Shown in pieces: positions 1 through 9,270 of a stretch of 64,000 bases of DNA (positions are counted from its first letter, which is position 1; each line of letters opens with the position of its first letter). The DNA is from a virus. Lineage: Duplodnaviria; Caudoviricetes. The stretch is from the IMG/VR virus record IMGVR_UViG_3300028593_000003; one strand, written 5' to 3'. The notes below the pieces were generated by a model, which ran no database searches, was not told the origin of the DNA, and saw nothing but the letters and a program-made list of their open reading frames with translations. The position numbers and the translations under genes are program-made.

Positions 1-304
1 TTCCATTCCCAGTTTCGATATTTTCCTGTTCAATGATGTCAGGAATATAGCCGTGGGATGACAATATCGGTTGCGCCTTCGGGTTCGTTATTCTGATGAT
101 CGATCTTCTCTGATTGTATGTGAGGAAATTCTTGGCAAGTTTTGAGGATTTCTCACCCTCGATGATAAAAATATACACCCTCGAATATCTCTTCAAGGCA
201 TCTTCAATAATTTTTTGGTGGGCTTTCGTAGGTGGTGACATTCTACCTATGAAAATTCCCACCGCTTTTGATTTCTGTTCCGTAAGGAATGTGGAAAATT
301 TCAT
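1..304 (-). CDS. Cytidylyltransferase-like (HxGH-type nucleotidyltransferase), partial, runs off the window edge
   Basis: Not in the ORF track. Manual translation gives MKFSTFLTEQKSKAVGIFIGRMSPPTKAHQKIIE..., with a GRxxPPTxxH motif. ATG at 304 overlaps the upstream TGA (TGATG). Confidence 0.75.
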   Translation of the reverse strand, partial: MKFSTFLTEQKSKAVGIFIGRMSPPTKAHQKIIEDALKRYSRVYIFIIEGEKSSKLAKNFLTYNQRRSIIRITNPKAQPILSSHGYIPDIIEQENIETGNG

Positions 305-552
305 CAGCTGTGAACCCAAAATCCTCTTTTCTGCAATCCGGCCACTATCTGCTGGAAGAGCTTATATCTGTCATTCGGATTGCTCTCCATCTTACTTACC
401 ATATGGGAAATATCGCTGTAGAAAATATCTCCGGCAATAGTCTTTCCCCCCTTTTCCATCGGGTGTGCCCGTGTTCTGGCAATCTTGTTTACCAAGATTT
501 CTACATCTTGAGGTTTCGTTTTGAATTCTTTCAAATATTTTTGAAGTCTCAT
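304..552 (-). CDS. Small hypothetical protein with YLxE leader
   Basis: Starts MRLQKYLKE; coupled to both neighbours. Confidence 0.6.
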   Translation of the reverse strand: MRLQKYLKEFKTKPQDVEILVNKIARTRAHPMEKGGKTIAGDIFYSDISHMVSKMESNPNDRYKLFQQIVAGLQKRGFWVHS

Positions 553-875
553 TTATTCAACCTCTTGTTTATCTTCTGCCTCATTGCTTCCAAGTTTGTA
601 ATATTATCTACCTTCGTAATCAGGTCATTGGCCACTTTTATGAGAAGTTTCAAATTACTTTGAACTTCAGGTATATAATCCAAATTCATTTCGTACATCA
701 TCCCTGAAGCGCTTGACCAATTACTTTGAATTTCATCGAAGGCATCCTGTAAATCATCCAATACATTTTCTATCTCATCTTCCAGCTTATCAATTCTCTT
801 ATCAAGGTCTTTTAGCTTCGGGTCGCGGGCCGCGGCCTCTCGCAAATATTCCCCAATTTTCTTCTCTATACTCAT
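549..875 (-). CDS. Helical hypothetical protein with YLxE leader
   Basis: Starts MSIEKKIGEYLRE; coiled-coil-like body. Confidence 0.65.
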   Translation of the reverse strand: MSIEKKIGEYLREAAARDPKLKDLDKRIDKLEDEIENVLDDLQDAFDEIQSNWSSASGMMYEMNLDYIPEVQSNLKLLIKVANDLITKVDNITNLEAMRQKINKRLNK

Positions 876-1201
876 CTCTTCATTCCCTCCAAATCTCTGG
901 CAAGCGTGCTTCTCTCATCCTTCGCCGCATAGTCCATATTATAATTCATCTGCTTGATTATTTCCTTTGGTATACCAAGTTCCTCTCCCTTCTTGGTATT
1001 CACATCTTTCTTTATTCTTACATATCTGTCAAAATTCTTGAGAGCTTCTGCTGGATTGTCTTTATATGCCTCAAAAATCTTTTTCCTCTGAAGCTCAAGA
1101 TCTTGAATGGATGTCTTGATGAGATGCTTACCTCCCTCAAGCCAGTCCTCATCTTTTTTTGTTCCCTTGAAGATTTTGGATATCATTTCTATTGCTTTCA
1201 T
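872..1201 (-). CDS. Hypothetical protein
   Basis: Likely start MKAIEM at 1201 (TAATG overlap) rather than 1249. Confidence 0.55.
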   Translation of the reverse strand: MKAIEMISKIFKGTKKDEDWLEGGKHLIKTSIQDLELQRKKIFEAYKDNPAEALKNFDRYVRIKKDVNTKKGEELGIPKEIIKQMNYNMDYAAKDERSTLARDLEGMKR

Positions 1202-1554
1202 TATAAACTCAAACTCCCCGATTTGGCAAGATATACGGTCATTGCCCATACTTGGGCCCTTTTATCTTCCGGAACATCTCTCAAATCTCCTGTATATTTT
1301 AATTCCTGGCTTACATATTTTTTAATTATTGGCTCCTCATTAGGGCTCTTGTCAAGTATCTTTATATATTCTGCCCATAGTTTATTATCGACATCCCCCA
1401 GTATAGACGATAATCTCTTCGCATCATCAATATTTTTTGCGGAGGCTATCTTGAACATAAACTTTGTCAGATCCCACAGCCCGGCGGCCTCCATCAAATT
1501 CATCGGTTCTTTTATATAGAGATATTTTTCAATAAGTCTATCTTCTTTTTTCAT
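1201..1554 (-). CDS. Hypothetical protein with IEKYL leader
   Basis: Starts MKKEDRLIEKYLYIKE; tightly packed operon. Confidence 0.6.
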   Translation of the reverse strand: MKKEDRLIEKYLYIKEPMNLMEAAGLWDLTKFMFKIASAKNIDDAKRLSSILGDVDNKLWAEYIKILDKSPNEEPIIKKYVSQELKYTGDLRDVPEDKRAQVWAMTVYLAKSGSLSL

Positions 1555-1817
1555 ACATTTGTCCTCTGTATTACTTTTTCATTCGGAGATTTTCCCCAAT
1601 ATGGATTTTCTTTCGCTTTCTCAATCAGATCATCTGGTGGCTCTTCATTGAGAAGTTGCGGGTGAAAGAGTATTCTATATTGTGGTCTTTTCTTCTCATC
1701 AAAATACGCAACAAGGGCAGACCAGCTGTTGATTTCCTGTATCACTACACCTTTCAACATAACCTTCTTGTTGATTTGTGCCCTTCCTACAACATAATCT
1801 CCGCTTTCAAGTTTCAT
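1551..1817 (-). CDS. Hypothetical protein
   Basis: 88-aa ORF with 4-nt overlaps at both ends. Confidence 0.55.
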   Translation of the reverse strand: MKLESGDYVVGRAQINKKVMLKGVVIQEINSWSALVAYFDEKKRPQYRILFHPQLLNEEPPDDLIEKAKENPYWGKSPNEKVIQRTNV

Positions 1818-2218
1818 TTCTTTTTCCCCGTCCTTGTTAAAGCGTCCAAATCTTCTTCCCTGATTTTTCCAAGGATGAAATAAAGATATTTTTTCTCATC
1901 ATCGTCCAGGCGTCTTTCAACCGCCCTTTTTATGTTATAAGATAGCATTGAATAATCCGCCCACGCGCCCTGTTTTTGAGTATATTTTTCAGCATATTTT
2001 TTGAGAAGGCCTTGAAATGTCTCATCCGCCCTCAATTTTTCCACAATCTCCTCCCCCCTTTTACTGTAAAAATAATTCTGGACTTTGACTTTTATCCTTT
2101 GATAAATATCTTGCGCCTCTCTTGAAATGGCGAGACCGAGCAGTCCTCCCATTACTATTGATAGTAGATATACGAAAGTTGGGTCTGCCTGTTCCGTCAA
2201 GTAATTTTTAAGCCTCAT
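1814..2218 (-). CDS. Hypothetical protein, YLxE leader followed by a transmembrane helix
   Basis: MRLKNYLTE then FVYLLSIVMGGLLGLAI. Confidence 0.65.
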   Translation of the reverse strand: MRLKNYLTEQADPTFVYLLSIVMGGLLGLAISREAQDIYQRIKVKVQNYFYSKRGEEIVEKLRADETFQGLLKKYAEKYTQKQGAWADYSMLSYNIKRAVERRLDDDEKKYLYFILGKIREEDLDALTRTGKKK

Positions 2219-2544
2219 TTCTTTATTTTCTCCACCGCCTGTTTTATTTTTGAGATTTTTGCCACATCTTCGGAAAACCAGATGAGCCTGTCAAATAGTG
2301 GCTGTTCGTTATCATATCCACCATTCTCTCGTTCCCTTATCCAATCCCAAAATTCGTTTTCTTCATCAGCAATAGTCACCAAGGCATTGAATGATAATCT
2401 TTTCAGGTTCTTTTCGAAGTTGTCATAAACCATTTGAATATCATCTTCGGCATCATCCAGTAGCTTTTTGATTTCTTCCCATTCAGGTTGCTTTTGATAT
2501 GTCCACTCTTTCAAGTATTTTTCAAGCTTCTTATCTATTTGCAT
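2215..2544 (-). CDS. Helical hypothetical protein with YLxE leader
   Basis: Starts MQIDKKLEKYLKE. Confidence 0.65.
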   Translation of the reverse strand: MQIDKKLEKYLKEWTYQKQPEWEEIKKLLDDAEDDIQMVYDNFEKNLKRLSFNALVTIADEENEFWDWIRERENGGYDNEQPLFDRLIWFSEDVAKISKIKQAVEKIKK

Positions 2545-2776
2545 CGTAATCTCTCCTCAATTTCATCAGATCTTTTCTGATGCTCCGAATTGTATCTTCT
2601 ATACTTTTACGAGAAAATCCGGCGCCAAGGGATTTCATATTATCTTCTATATCATCAAGAAGTTTTGGTAACCTTTTCTCACACCATTTTTTATAATATA
2701 GGAGCAATTCTTCGTGATATTCGGGATCAATATTTTCAGTCAAATACTTTTCGATTTTATCATCTATTCTTTTCAT
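2531..2776 (-). CDS. Hypothetical protein with YLxE leader
   Basis: Likely start MKRIDDKIEKYLTE at 2776. Confidence 0.6.
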   Translation of the reverse strand: MKRIDDKIEKYLTENIDPEYHEELLLYYKKWCEKRLPKLLDDIEDNMKSLGAGFSRKSIEDTIRSIRKDLMKLRRDYDANR

Positions 2777-3144
2777 TTGACATACCATCCATATTTTTTC
2801 TTGATGAATTTGGCGTGCTCATCCATCTCACTTACGAGCTCACTTACCAGATCCTCTGATATATATTGTAGAAGCTGATCTTGAACAAAAACAATAAGCT
2901 TTGCATAAAAGGTTTGGAAACATCTTTTCTGCCCAACCGGATCATCTTTGTATATTTCCATACAAGTATTCTCAGCATATTCATCCATTGCATTCAATGT
3001 TTTTGAAACAGTTTCTTTGAAAGCCTCCTCAGCTCTTTTCTGTGCAGCCTTGAGTTGTCCTCTCAATGGATTAAACCTGCTATCAATTGCCTCAGAAATA
3101 TTTTCGTTCAAATATCTATCAATCTTCTCGTCAATCGTTTTCAT
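2773..3144 (-). CDS. Hypothetical protein with YLxE leader
   Basis: Likely start MKTIDEKIDRYLNE at 3144. Confidence 0.65.
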   Translation of the reverse strand: MKTIDEKIDRYLNENISEAIDSRFNPLRGQLKAAQKRAEEAFKETVSKTLNAMDEYAENTCMEIYKDDPVGQKRCFQTFYAKLIVFVQDQLLQYISEDLVSELVSEMDEHAKFIKKKYGWYVK

Positions 3145-3145
3145 T

Positions 3146-3427
3146 TCAATACTCCTCATAATTTGGGCAAATTCCCTGTGGGTCTACATCCAATCCCGCG
3201 TGGATTGGAATGGGAATATCATATTCTTTAGCAATAATACTCATATTTTGTTCATTTCTACAAGTCATTTCAAGATAATAGTCACAGGTTCCACAACATT
3301 TTTGTTTCGTCATTTTATACCCAATGGCTTTCAGATCGAGTTTTGAAAGATCAATTCTTCCCTTTGGAGAATGATATATTGTGGCGTCTGTCAGATACAT
3401 ATCAATCTTCTCTTCAATCGTTTTCAT
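3146..3427 (-). CDS. Small 4-Cys protein (HiPIP-like Cys pattern) with leader
   Basis: MKTIEEKIDMYLTD; CxxC...C...VxxxGxCxxY. Confidence 0.6.
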   Translation of the reverse strand: MKTIEEKIDMYLTDATIYHSPKGRIDLSKLDLKAIGYKMTKQKCCGTCDYYLEMTCRNEQNMSIIAKEYDIPIPIHAGLDVDPQGICPNYEEY

Positions 3428-3831
3428 TATACTTTCTCCTGTAGTAACCTTATTAACTTCTCCAAGACATACTGTGCCTTATAGGGCATATCCGATACGA
3501 CACCGTGGGTCTTATTATTGATATCAATAGCAACACTTCTTGCTAGTTCTTTTGCAATCTTGTCAAGTTCTGGATAGTGGCCAAAAAGAGTTTTCTGGAT
3601 TTGCTTGTCAGCACTTCTCAATGCTGCCAAATCTTCCTTGTATCCCTCTTTCAATGAAGGGAAAACACGCTCTTTATTTTTGGGATGCCACATAGAATGA
3701 CCGTGACAATATCCCCCATCTCCTCTGGCTCCACCCCTTGTCCTTGTTCTCGCCCTTATCATCTTCTTACCACAAACAGGACATACCTCGTTTTGCTCAC
3801 CGATATATTTCTGGATTACTTTGTCTATCAT
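3427..3831 (-). CDS. Hypothetical protein with leader and CPxCG knuckle
   Basis: MIDKVIQKYIGE; CPVCG...C-H. Confidence 0.6.
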   Translation of the reverse strand: MIDKVIQKYIGEQNEVCPVCGKKMIRARTRTRGGARGDGGYCHGHSMWHPKNKERVFPSLKEGYKEDLAALRSADKQIQKTLFGHYPELDKIAKELARSVAIDINNKTHGVVSDMPYKAQYVLEKLIRLLQEKV

Positions 3832-3837
3832 TTTTTA

Positions 3838-4461
3838 TCAATACCCATAGATTTTCGTATCAATATCGTCGTAACTATCAATTGTATTGGATTGCTCCTC
3901 AATCCAAGTATTATCACCGTATGCAGAAATGGGTTTACTTGTGACTGCGATATCCTCCGCACTCTCACTCTGCTCAGAATATCTGAATGGCCTCAAAATC
4001 AGAACCCATATCATTTTCTTGAGCTGGAATGCTTTATCATCATCATCAACGTGGCAAACTTCGAAAGCACGGTCAGCCATCTGATACCAGGCAATATGAA
4101 CAGCATCACCAATTTTGGGATTTACTGTCTTGCTCACATCCCTTCTCCAAGTATTCATCGGGATATGTGCTGTAATGACATCACCACCGACCATTCCGAA
4201 AGATGACCACAAATTCGGCTCGTCTGCCACTTCGTAAATTATTCGTGTCGTTTTCGGATCCTCATATGCCGTGCTCGTATGTTCACCATATAATGTGTCA
4301 TATTCAATAGCATTTGACCGGATGTAATAATTTATCTGGACACCGGCAATGTCTGTATATTCCATAATCAGGCTTTCCGCGAGCATATGCTCTTGATTGC
4401 CCTCTATGTCATATAAATTCCATTGAGGTTTCTGTATACCAGTTCTATTGGATTTGTTCAT
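3838..4461 (-). CDS. gp14: Neck / head-closure protein (T4 gp14-like)
   Basis: E..I...G....YYxR...DxLYGE pattern, GD..I..W, FEV..V; directly follows the gp13-like gene. Confidence 0.75.
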   Translation of the reverse strand: MNKSNRTGIQKPQWNLYDIEGNQEHMLAESLIMEYTDIAGVQINYYIRSNAIEYDTLYGEHTSTAYEDPKTTRIIYEVADEPNLWSSFGMVGGDVITAHIPMNTWRRDVSKTVNPKIGDAVHIAWYQMADRAFEVCHVDDDDKAFQLKKMIWVLILRPFRYSEQSESAEDIAVTSKPISAYGDNTWIEEQSNTIDSYDDIDTKIYGY

Positions 4462-4465
4462 TTAT

Positions 4466-5263
4466 TTACCCGATATATATTCCGTACCCTTCCCACGCTT
4501 CTTCTGACCGTAGTTGTTCTTCCAATTTATCCATTTCTGTTTGTGCCTCAGAAAGCAAAGTATCACCGTCAAGAGAAAGTCCTGTCTGACCTATACTTGT
4601 GAAATTTGCAAATTTTGATCTTATCCTTCCCAATGTTTGTTTACAAAGCGCGGTTGAATAGTCAAATACCCACATATTGTCATACAAATCATCTTCCGTT
4701 CCTTCCAGTACATAAGCCCTCACAAGGATAAAGCCGGGAGAGTCTATCCAAACATCATTATAATATACTGTGCCACCTGATGGTGGTGGGGGTTGTATTT
4801 CAAGTATGTTTGAATGTCTATGATATGTAAAGTTGTAAGAATCGAAAACATATCGTCTTATAGTGTCAAGGAAATCTCTTGCTATGTGGTAAGACACCAA
4901 TGTATATCCAGAACCCCCACCTCTCATCAGTAACATATCGTACATACCCGCATTATACAGGTAATTTTCAACTGTGAAAAGTGTATGAATTGAGCCCGTG
5001 GTTTTTGTATCATATGAAAGAACTTCTGTAACATCTCCTGGCAGTTCATATTCTGTGACCCCGGCTGACAGAGCTACGGTAAAATATCTTTCAATAACAC
5101 CCTGTCCTACTGCCCATTTGATAAATCTTTGGCGAGCATAGTCTATATGGTCTGATATCTGGGCATCGTCCAGTTCCACCTTTATTACAGGATAACCGAG
5201 TCTCCTTTTTATTTTTTCTATCAATTCAGATTTTTTGATTGGTCTATATGGTTTCAGAGGCAT
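4466..5263 (-). CDS. gp13: Neck / head-tail adaptor protein (T4 gp13-like)
   Basis: RRLGYPVIKVELDDAQI, W..DY..AL.K..LG..RSKF, LDGD.L..EA. Confidence 0.85.
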   Translation of the reverse strand: MPLKPYRPIKKSELIEKIKRRLGYPVIKVELDDAQISDHIDYARQRFIKWAVGQGVIERYFTVALSAGVTEYELPGDVTEVLSYDTKTTGSIHTLFTVENYLYNAGMYDMLLMRGGGSGYTLVSYHIARDFLDTIRRYVFDSYNFTYHRHSNILEIQPPPPSGGTVYYNDVWIDSPGFILVRAYVLEGTEDDLYDNMWVFDYSTALCKQTLGRIRSKFANFTSIGQTGLSLDGDTLLSEAQTEMDKLEEQLRSEEAWEGYGIYIG

Positions 5264-5264
5264 T

Positions 5265-5492
5265 TTATTCTCCAGCTTCTATTTTATCTTCAATATCCTT
5301 CTTCATAGCCACCAGTATTTCTATGGCATCATCAATAAAAGTAAATGCCATTTTATCATTATAATTCAGATATGATCCTTCAAGTGCCCTCAACATATCC
5401 ATTATTCTATGAATATCAACTGGCACCTTTGCTAACGGATGTCTACTCCCAATGTCATCCTTCAATAATTTACTCATCTTGTTTCTATCCAT
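5265..5492 (-). CDS. Hypothetical protein
   Basis: Short ORF filling the operon; start may be MSKLL at 5477. Confidence 0.5.
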   Translation of the reverse strand: MDRNKMSKLLKDDIGSRHPLAKVPVDIHRIMDMLRALEGSYLNYNDKMAFTFIDDAIEILVAMKKDIEDKIEAGE

Positions 5493-5863
5493 TCATCCTG
5501 TACTGCATCCCAAAAGGGTTCAACCATTGGATTACCTATTTTCTGATGGGGTGTGACATATTTTGCCACCAATTCTTGATATTTATCCTTGAAAAATTTA
5601 TCAACTGTTCTGGATGGTATTCCCCATGCGCCTTCTGCGGCATCGCTTGCCTCGTCAAGTTCCTTTACTACATCGGCAACTGCTTTTCTGTAAATCTTGT
5701 CTATTTTTTCCTGTGCAATCATCACTTGATCCTCTGCCCGTTCAATTGCATCATCCATAATATTATCAATTGTATTATAAATTACTTGCCATTCGGCTCT
5801 TGCCCTTCTGGCTTCCATATCGGCCTCTTTCAGATACTTTGTAATTTTCTTATCCACGCTCAT
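5474..5863 (-). CDS. Helical hypothetical protein with YLxE leader
   Basis: Starts MSVDKKITKYLKE-A. Confidence 0.65.
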   Translation of the reverse strand: MSVDKKITKYLKEADMEARRARAEWQVIYNTIDNIMDDAIERAEDQVMIAQEKIDKIYRKAVADVVKELDEASDAAEGAWGIPSRTVDKFFKDKYQELVAKYVTPHQKIGNPMVEPFWDAVQDEWIETR

Positions 5864-6045
5864 TTTTCCTCCAACAATTCCTTGATTTCTTCCAGAAGTT
5901 CTATCGTATTTTCGACAATTTGCTGGGTCAAAACAATGTTACCTCTTCCAAACGCCCTGTCTGCATTGACTACGCCCTGCATAACCTGCACAAGTTTTGG
6001 TGGTATGTTATTATATCTGGACATTTCATTTCCCCCGAAAGACAC
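5860..6045 (-). CDS. Hypothetical protein
   Basis: Short ORF directly downstream of a TATAAATA late promoter. Confidence 0.5.
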   Translation of the reverse strand: MSFGGNEMSRYNNIPPKLVQVMQGVVNADRAFGRGNIVLTQQIVENTIELLEEIKELLEEK

Positions 6046-6058
6046 TATAATTCTCTAT

Positions 6059-6066
6059 TATTTATA
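6059..6066 (-). promoter_or_regulatory. T4-type late promoter TATAAATA
   Basis: Exact motif in the gap after terL, upstream of the neck/small-ORF operon. Confidence 0.7.
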
Positions 6067-6068
6067 TT

Positions 6069-7616
6069 TTATTCAAGTAATTTTCCAGTATTGGTAAGCC
6101 AGCTCCAATCCTCTGCAACGGGTTCAATATCACTCAAAACGCCCCAAACATCGTCCTCTATCTCTGTCTTTTTTATCTCGAAAGATTCTTCCAGCATATC
6201 CAATGAAGTGAAATAACAGGCCCAGTACAGGGATGTAATAAGGTCATCTGGCATATCTTTCCCGAAAAACTTACCTTCTTTCTCTATAAATGTGGATATC
6301 TGGTCAATTGTGTCATAGTCAACCAAAGATAAACTACCATCTTCCACCAGTTTCTTCATCAGAATGACAGCCTTTGGCTTTGTTCTCCTATCCGCTCTTA
6401 TTCCCAAATCCTTCATCTTTGCACCGGAATTGACAAGGCCAGGGTTTTCGTACTCCCACCATAGCCTTGAAACAACTGTAGAGCCCTCAGCATTGTTCTC
6501 CGCCATAACAAAAGCCGAGTTGTAATATATCGCCGTCCTATTTACAATGTCAGCAAATGTATAAACATCAATATAATTATCATTGAACACGGCGACCTGC
6601 TCAAGTTTGATTGGCTTGACTTGGACTATTTTCAATACTTGCATCGTGGAATAGTTTTCACCAGTACCCTTTGCAGTATCCACTCCGATGACATATGTTG
6701 CCTTTTCTATCGGTTTTTCATATATTTTCAACTTTCCATTTGACTGTTCGAGAACCGGCTGTACACATTTATCATACAATCCCTCGATAACATCGGAATC
6801 AATAACTGTATTGGTGGAACCGAGAAATTCAACATCATATTCCTGAGCAAATTTCTGTTTGCCCAGATTTTTTCTCTGGTCACTTGCCCATTTCTTGTCT
6901 CTGCCCGGAACATCTCTCCAAGTTGACCTGATGGGAATAAATGTATTCTCCTGTCTTTCGGCCTGTGTGTAAAGCCTGTGATAGAGATTGAACATACCAT
7001 TTGGTGTGGAAATAATTACAACTCTCGATTCTGTCGAGGCCGCGATGGTGGGCAAGTTGGATGCCCAGAACTCTTCTGCCTTATGCTTCTGAACAAAGGC
7101 AAACTCATCGAGTATCAGTAGGTTGATGGTTCTACCACGGAAAGAATCCGGAGATGTGGCTGCCACCATAATTTTTGAGCCGTTATCAAAGTTTACGAAT
7201 GTTTTGGAATATTCCTGTACGCCGGGCTTCATCCAGACCGGAAGCTCCTCGTACATTATTTTCAATCGGGAAAGAATATCAATAGCTGATATCTGTTTAT
7301 TGGACGCGATGCCAATAGTCTTATCCTCATTGAACGCGGCATACCAGAGAGCATAAGCACACACAGTAGTCGTTTTACCACTCTGTCTGCTCCAAAGACC
7401 AATGACAAATCTCTCATCCTGTAATATTCTCAATATTTTTTTCTGATAAGGATAGGGCTCGAAATTGATTCTCCCCCTGTCTGGATGTACGATTTTTATA
7501 TATTTCAAGAATTGCCATATATCTTGGGAACATTTTGACAGCTCGACAACCTCTTCGGGAGAATAAGAATACTCTTGAAGAGGCCTCTTTACAAAATCAT
7601 CGTATCTGACTGGCAC
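6069..7616 (-). CDS. gp17: Terminase large subunit (T4 gp17-like)
   Basis: Walker A SRQSGKTT, FRG..INLLILDEFAF, ISTPNG, nuclease GVDTAKG and DD motifs; GTG start. Confidence 0.95.
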   Translation of the reverse strand: MPVRYDDFVKRPLQEYSYSPEEVVELSKCSQDIWQFLKYIKIVHPDRGRINFEPYPYQKKILRILQDERFVIGLWSRQSGKTTTVCAYALWYAAFNEDKTIGIASNKQISAIDILSRLKIMYEELPVWMKPGVQEYSKTFVNFDNGSKIMVAATSPDSFRGRTINLLILDEFAFVQKHKAEEFWASNLPTIAASTESRVVIISTPNGMFNLYHRLYTQAERQENTFIPIRSTWRDVPGRDKKWASDQRKNLGKQKFAQEYDVEFLGSTNTVIDSDVIEGLYDKCVQPVLEQSNGKLKIYEKPIEKATYVIGVDTAKGTGENYSTMQVLKIVQVKPIKLEQVAVFNDNYIDVYTFADIVNRTAIYYNSAFVMAENNAEGSTVVSRLWWEYENPGLVNSGAKMKDLGIRADRRTKPKAVILMKKLVEDGSLSLVDYDTIDQISTFIEKEGKFFGKDMPDDLITSLYWACYFTSLDMLEESFEIKKTEIEDDVWGVLSDIEPVAEDWSWLTNTGKLLE

Positions 7617-7618
7617 GC

Positions 7619-7662
7619 AAGAAAACCCCCATAAAACATACTTTCATATGTATTTATGGGGG
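7619..7662 (-). terminator. Hairpin plus U-tract after spoVR that contains a late promoter and the terL Shine-Dalgarno
   Basis: Arms 7626-7640 and 7647-7662 (15 bp, 1-nt bulge) followed by TTTTCTT on the minus strand; CATAAATA at 7651-7658. Confidence 0.65.
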
Positions 7663-7686
7663 CGAAACAATAAAAAGGGGAAACTG

Positions 7687-9270
7687 TTATAAAATCGGAG
7701 CTAAGTCCGTCATATCAAAGTGAAAAGCCTGAAATGGGTTCTCAAAGTCCATAGAACCGGAAGAAGGCTGAGTTTCAGAACCGTCCTCTGTATAAAACAA
7801 TTCCTTGTCTTTACCAGTTTTCTTATCCTTTGTACAAGTTTTCAATGTCGCGGGCCTTCCCCACAGGTAATAAATATGTTTCAATGTTTCCTGTGTATAT
7901 TTCTTATTGAGGGGAATACCGTTATATCTGTGAACAAGCTGGAGATGGCCGTCCTTATCAAGATTTCCATTTACAATCTCAATTTTTGGAATACCACTAT
8001 TCGCGAAACTATTGATAATCAATTGTCTGACTTGTTCCGCTGTATGGCTTGTCCTCACATAGTCAATTGAGGCCACGGTTTCCTGTATCTGGTAAATATA
8101 AAGGTCAAGTCTATCAATCAAATCGACTGTGAGAAAATCTTGCATAAAGAACCAATCGGTATAGCTCCTCATAACCTCAAACATTTTCTCCCGGCCTCTC
8201 ATTTCCTTTGTATCCCAACTCTCCTTGGTTTTGACATCGGTACAATTCTCGTAATCCGTACCATATCTGCCCTTGTTCCATCTCTCTTCAATTTCCTTCC
8301 ACATTTCGGAACCAATCAAGTATGGGTTCATTCCCATCTTGTTTGTGGCTTTTACCAAGGAATTGCTGTAGTTATACTGTCCGTGTTCTTCAGCAGTAAG
8401 TAATTTTTCATCAAAAAGACGGTTCATAAAGATGTCGTGCCAATATGCCGCCCATCCTTCGTTCATATATTTTGTCTTGGAATATGGCCAGAAATATTGT
8501 CCTTCCATTCTCAAGATTTCCAGAATGTCTTTCTGCCAATCTTCCAGTATACGGGAATTGTCGATAATGAACCTCAATATATCTTCCGTGGGTTCTATCG
8601 GTGTAGTAGCCAATATTTTTCTCCACACACGGTTATTATAAACCTCACAGTCCTCGACTTTTCGTTCTTTTGTATCAATAAGAATATCACCGTAGGCGGC
8701 TTTGGAAGGAAGTTTCTTTTTCTTTATTTGCTCAAAGACCCTTCTCTTTCTCTCCATCTCCGTTTCAGTCTCAAATGGAGAAGAGTGCCATTGGAGTGCG
8801 TGTCCGGCATCCTCTGTTCTTTCCACCTCGTCCAGACCGTATATTCTTTCATAGTCATTGAACCTCTTCTGGGCGGCGGCCAACACTTCAACAATGTCCT
8901 CACGGGAGTTTCTGTACCACTTGCTTTCCGTAAAGAAATTGACATGCGCATAGACGTGCGCCATAACCAGAACTTGAACAGACAAAGTATTGGAGTTCAT
9001 CAAGAAGGCTCTGGATGGATTATCGTGAACAACCAGCTCAAGAGGAAGGTTCGGGTCTGCCGTGTCGAATACAGTTTTCAGTCTTTCATAATCCCTACCG
9101 TATTTCCAGTTGGAAATATTTGTGGGGGCCCTATACGCCAAAATCTCCATCATTTTCTGTGGAGGCACCACATCAAACTCAACCGGAAGGCATTTCATTC
9201 CATACTCTTCAACGAGCTGTTTGATCCTATCTTCAATTTTTATCAATCTCTGAAGGTCACTCTTTTTCAT
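7687..9270 (-). CDS. spoVR: SpoVR/YcgB family protein
   Basis: W.YG..YE, ELV..DNP..AFLM, MAHVYAH.NFF, TK.MNEGWA.YWH, NPY..G. Confidence 0.92.
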   Translation of the reverse strand: MKKSDLQRLIKIEDRIKQLVEEYGMKCLPVEFDVVPPQKMMEILAYRAPTNISNWKYGRDYERLKTVFDTADPNLPLELVVHDNPSRAFLMNSNTLSVQVLVMAHVYAHVNFFTESKWYRNSREDIVEVLAAAQKRFNDYERIYGLDEVERTEDAGHALQWHSSPFETETEMERKRRVFEQIKKKKLPSKAAYGDILIDTKERKVEDCEVYNNRVWRKILATTPIEPTEDILRFIIDNSRILEDWQKDILEILRMEGQYFWPYSKTKYMNEGWAAYWHDIFMNRLFDEKLLTAEEHGQYNYSNSLVKATNKMGMNPYLIGSEMWKEIEERWNKGRYGTDYENCTDVKTKESWDTKEMRGREKMFEVMRSYTDWFFMQDFLTVDLIDRLDLYIYQIQETVASIDYVRTSHTAEQVRQLIINSFANSGIPKIEIVNGNLDKDGHLQLVHRYNGIPLNKKYTQETLKHIYYLWGRPATLKTCTKDKKTGKDKELFYTEDGSETQPSSGSMDFENPFQAFHFDMTDLAPIL

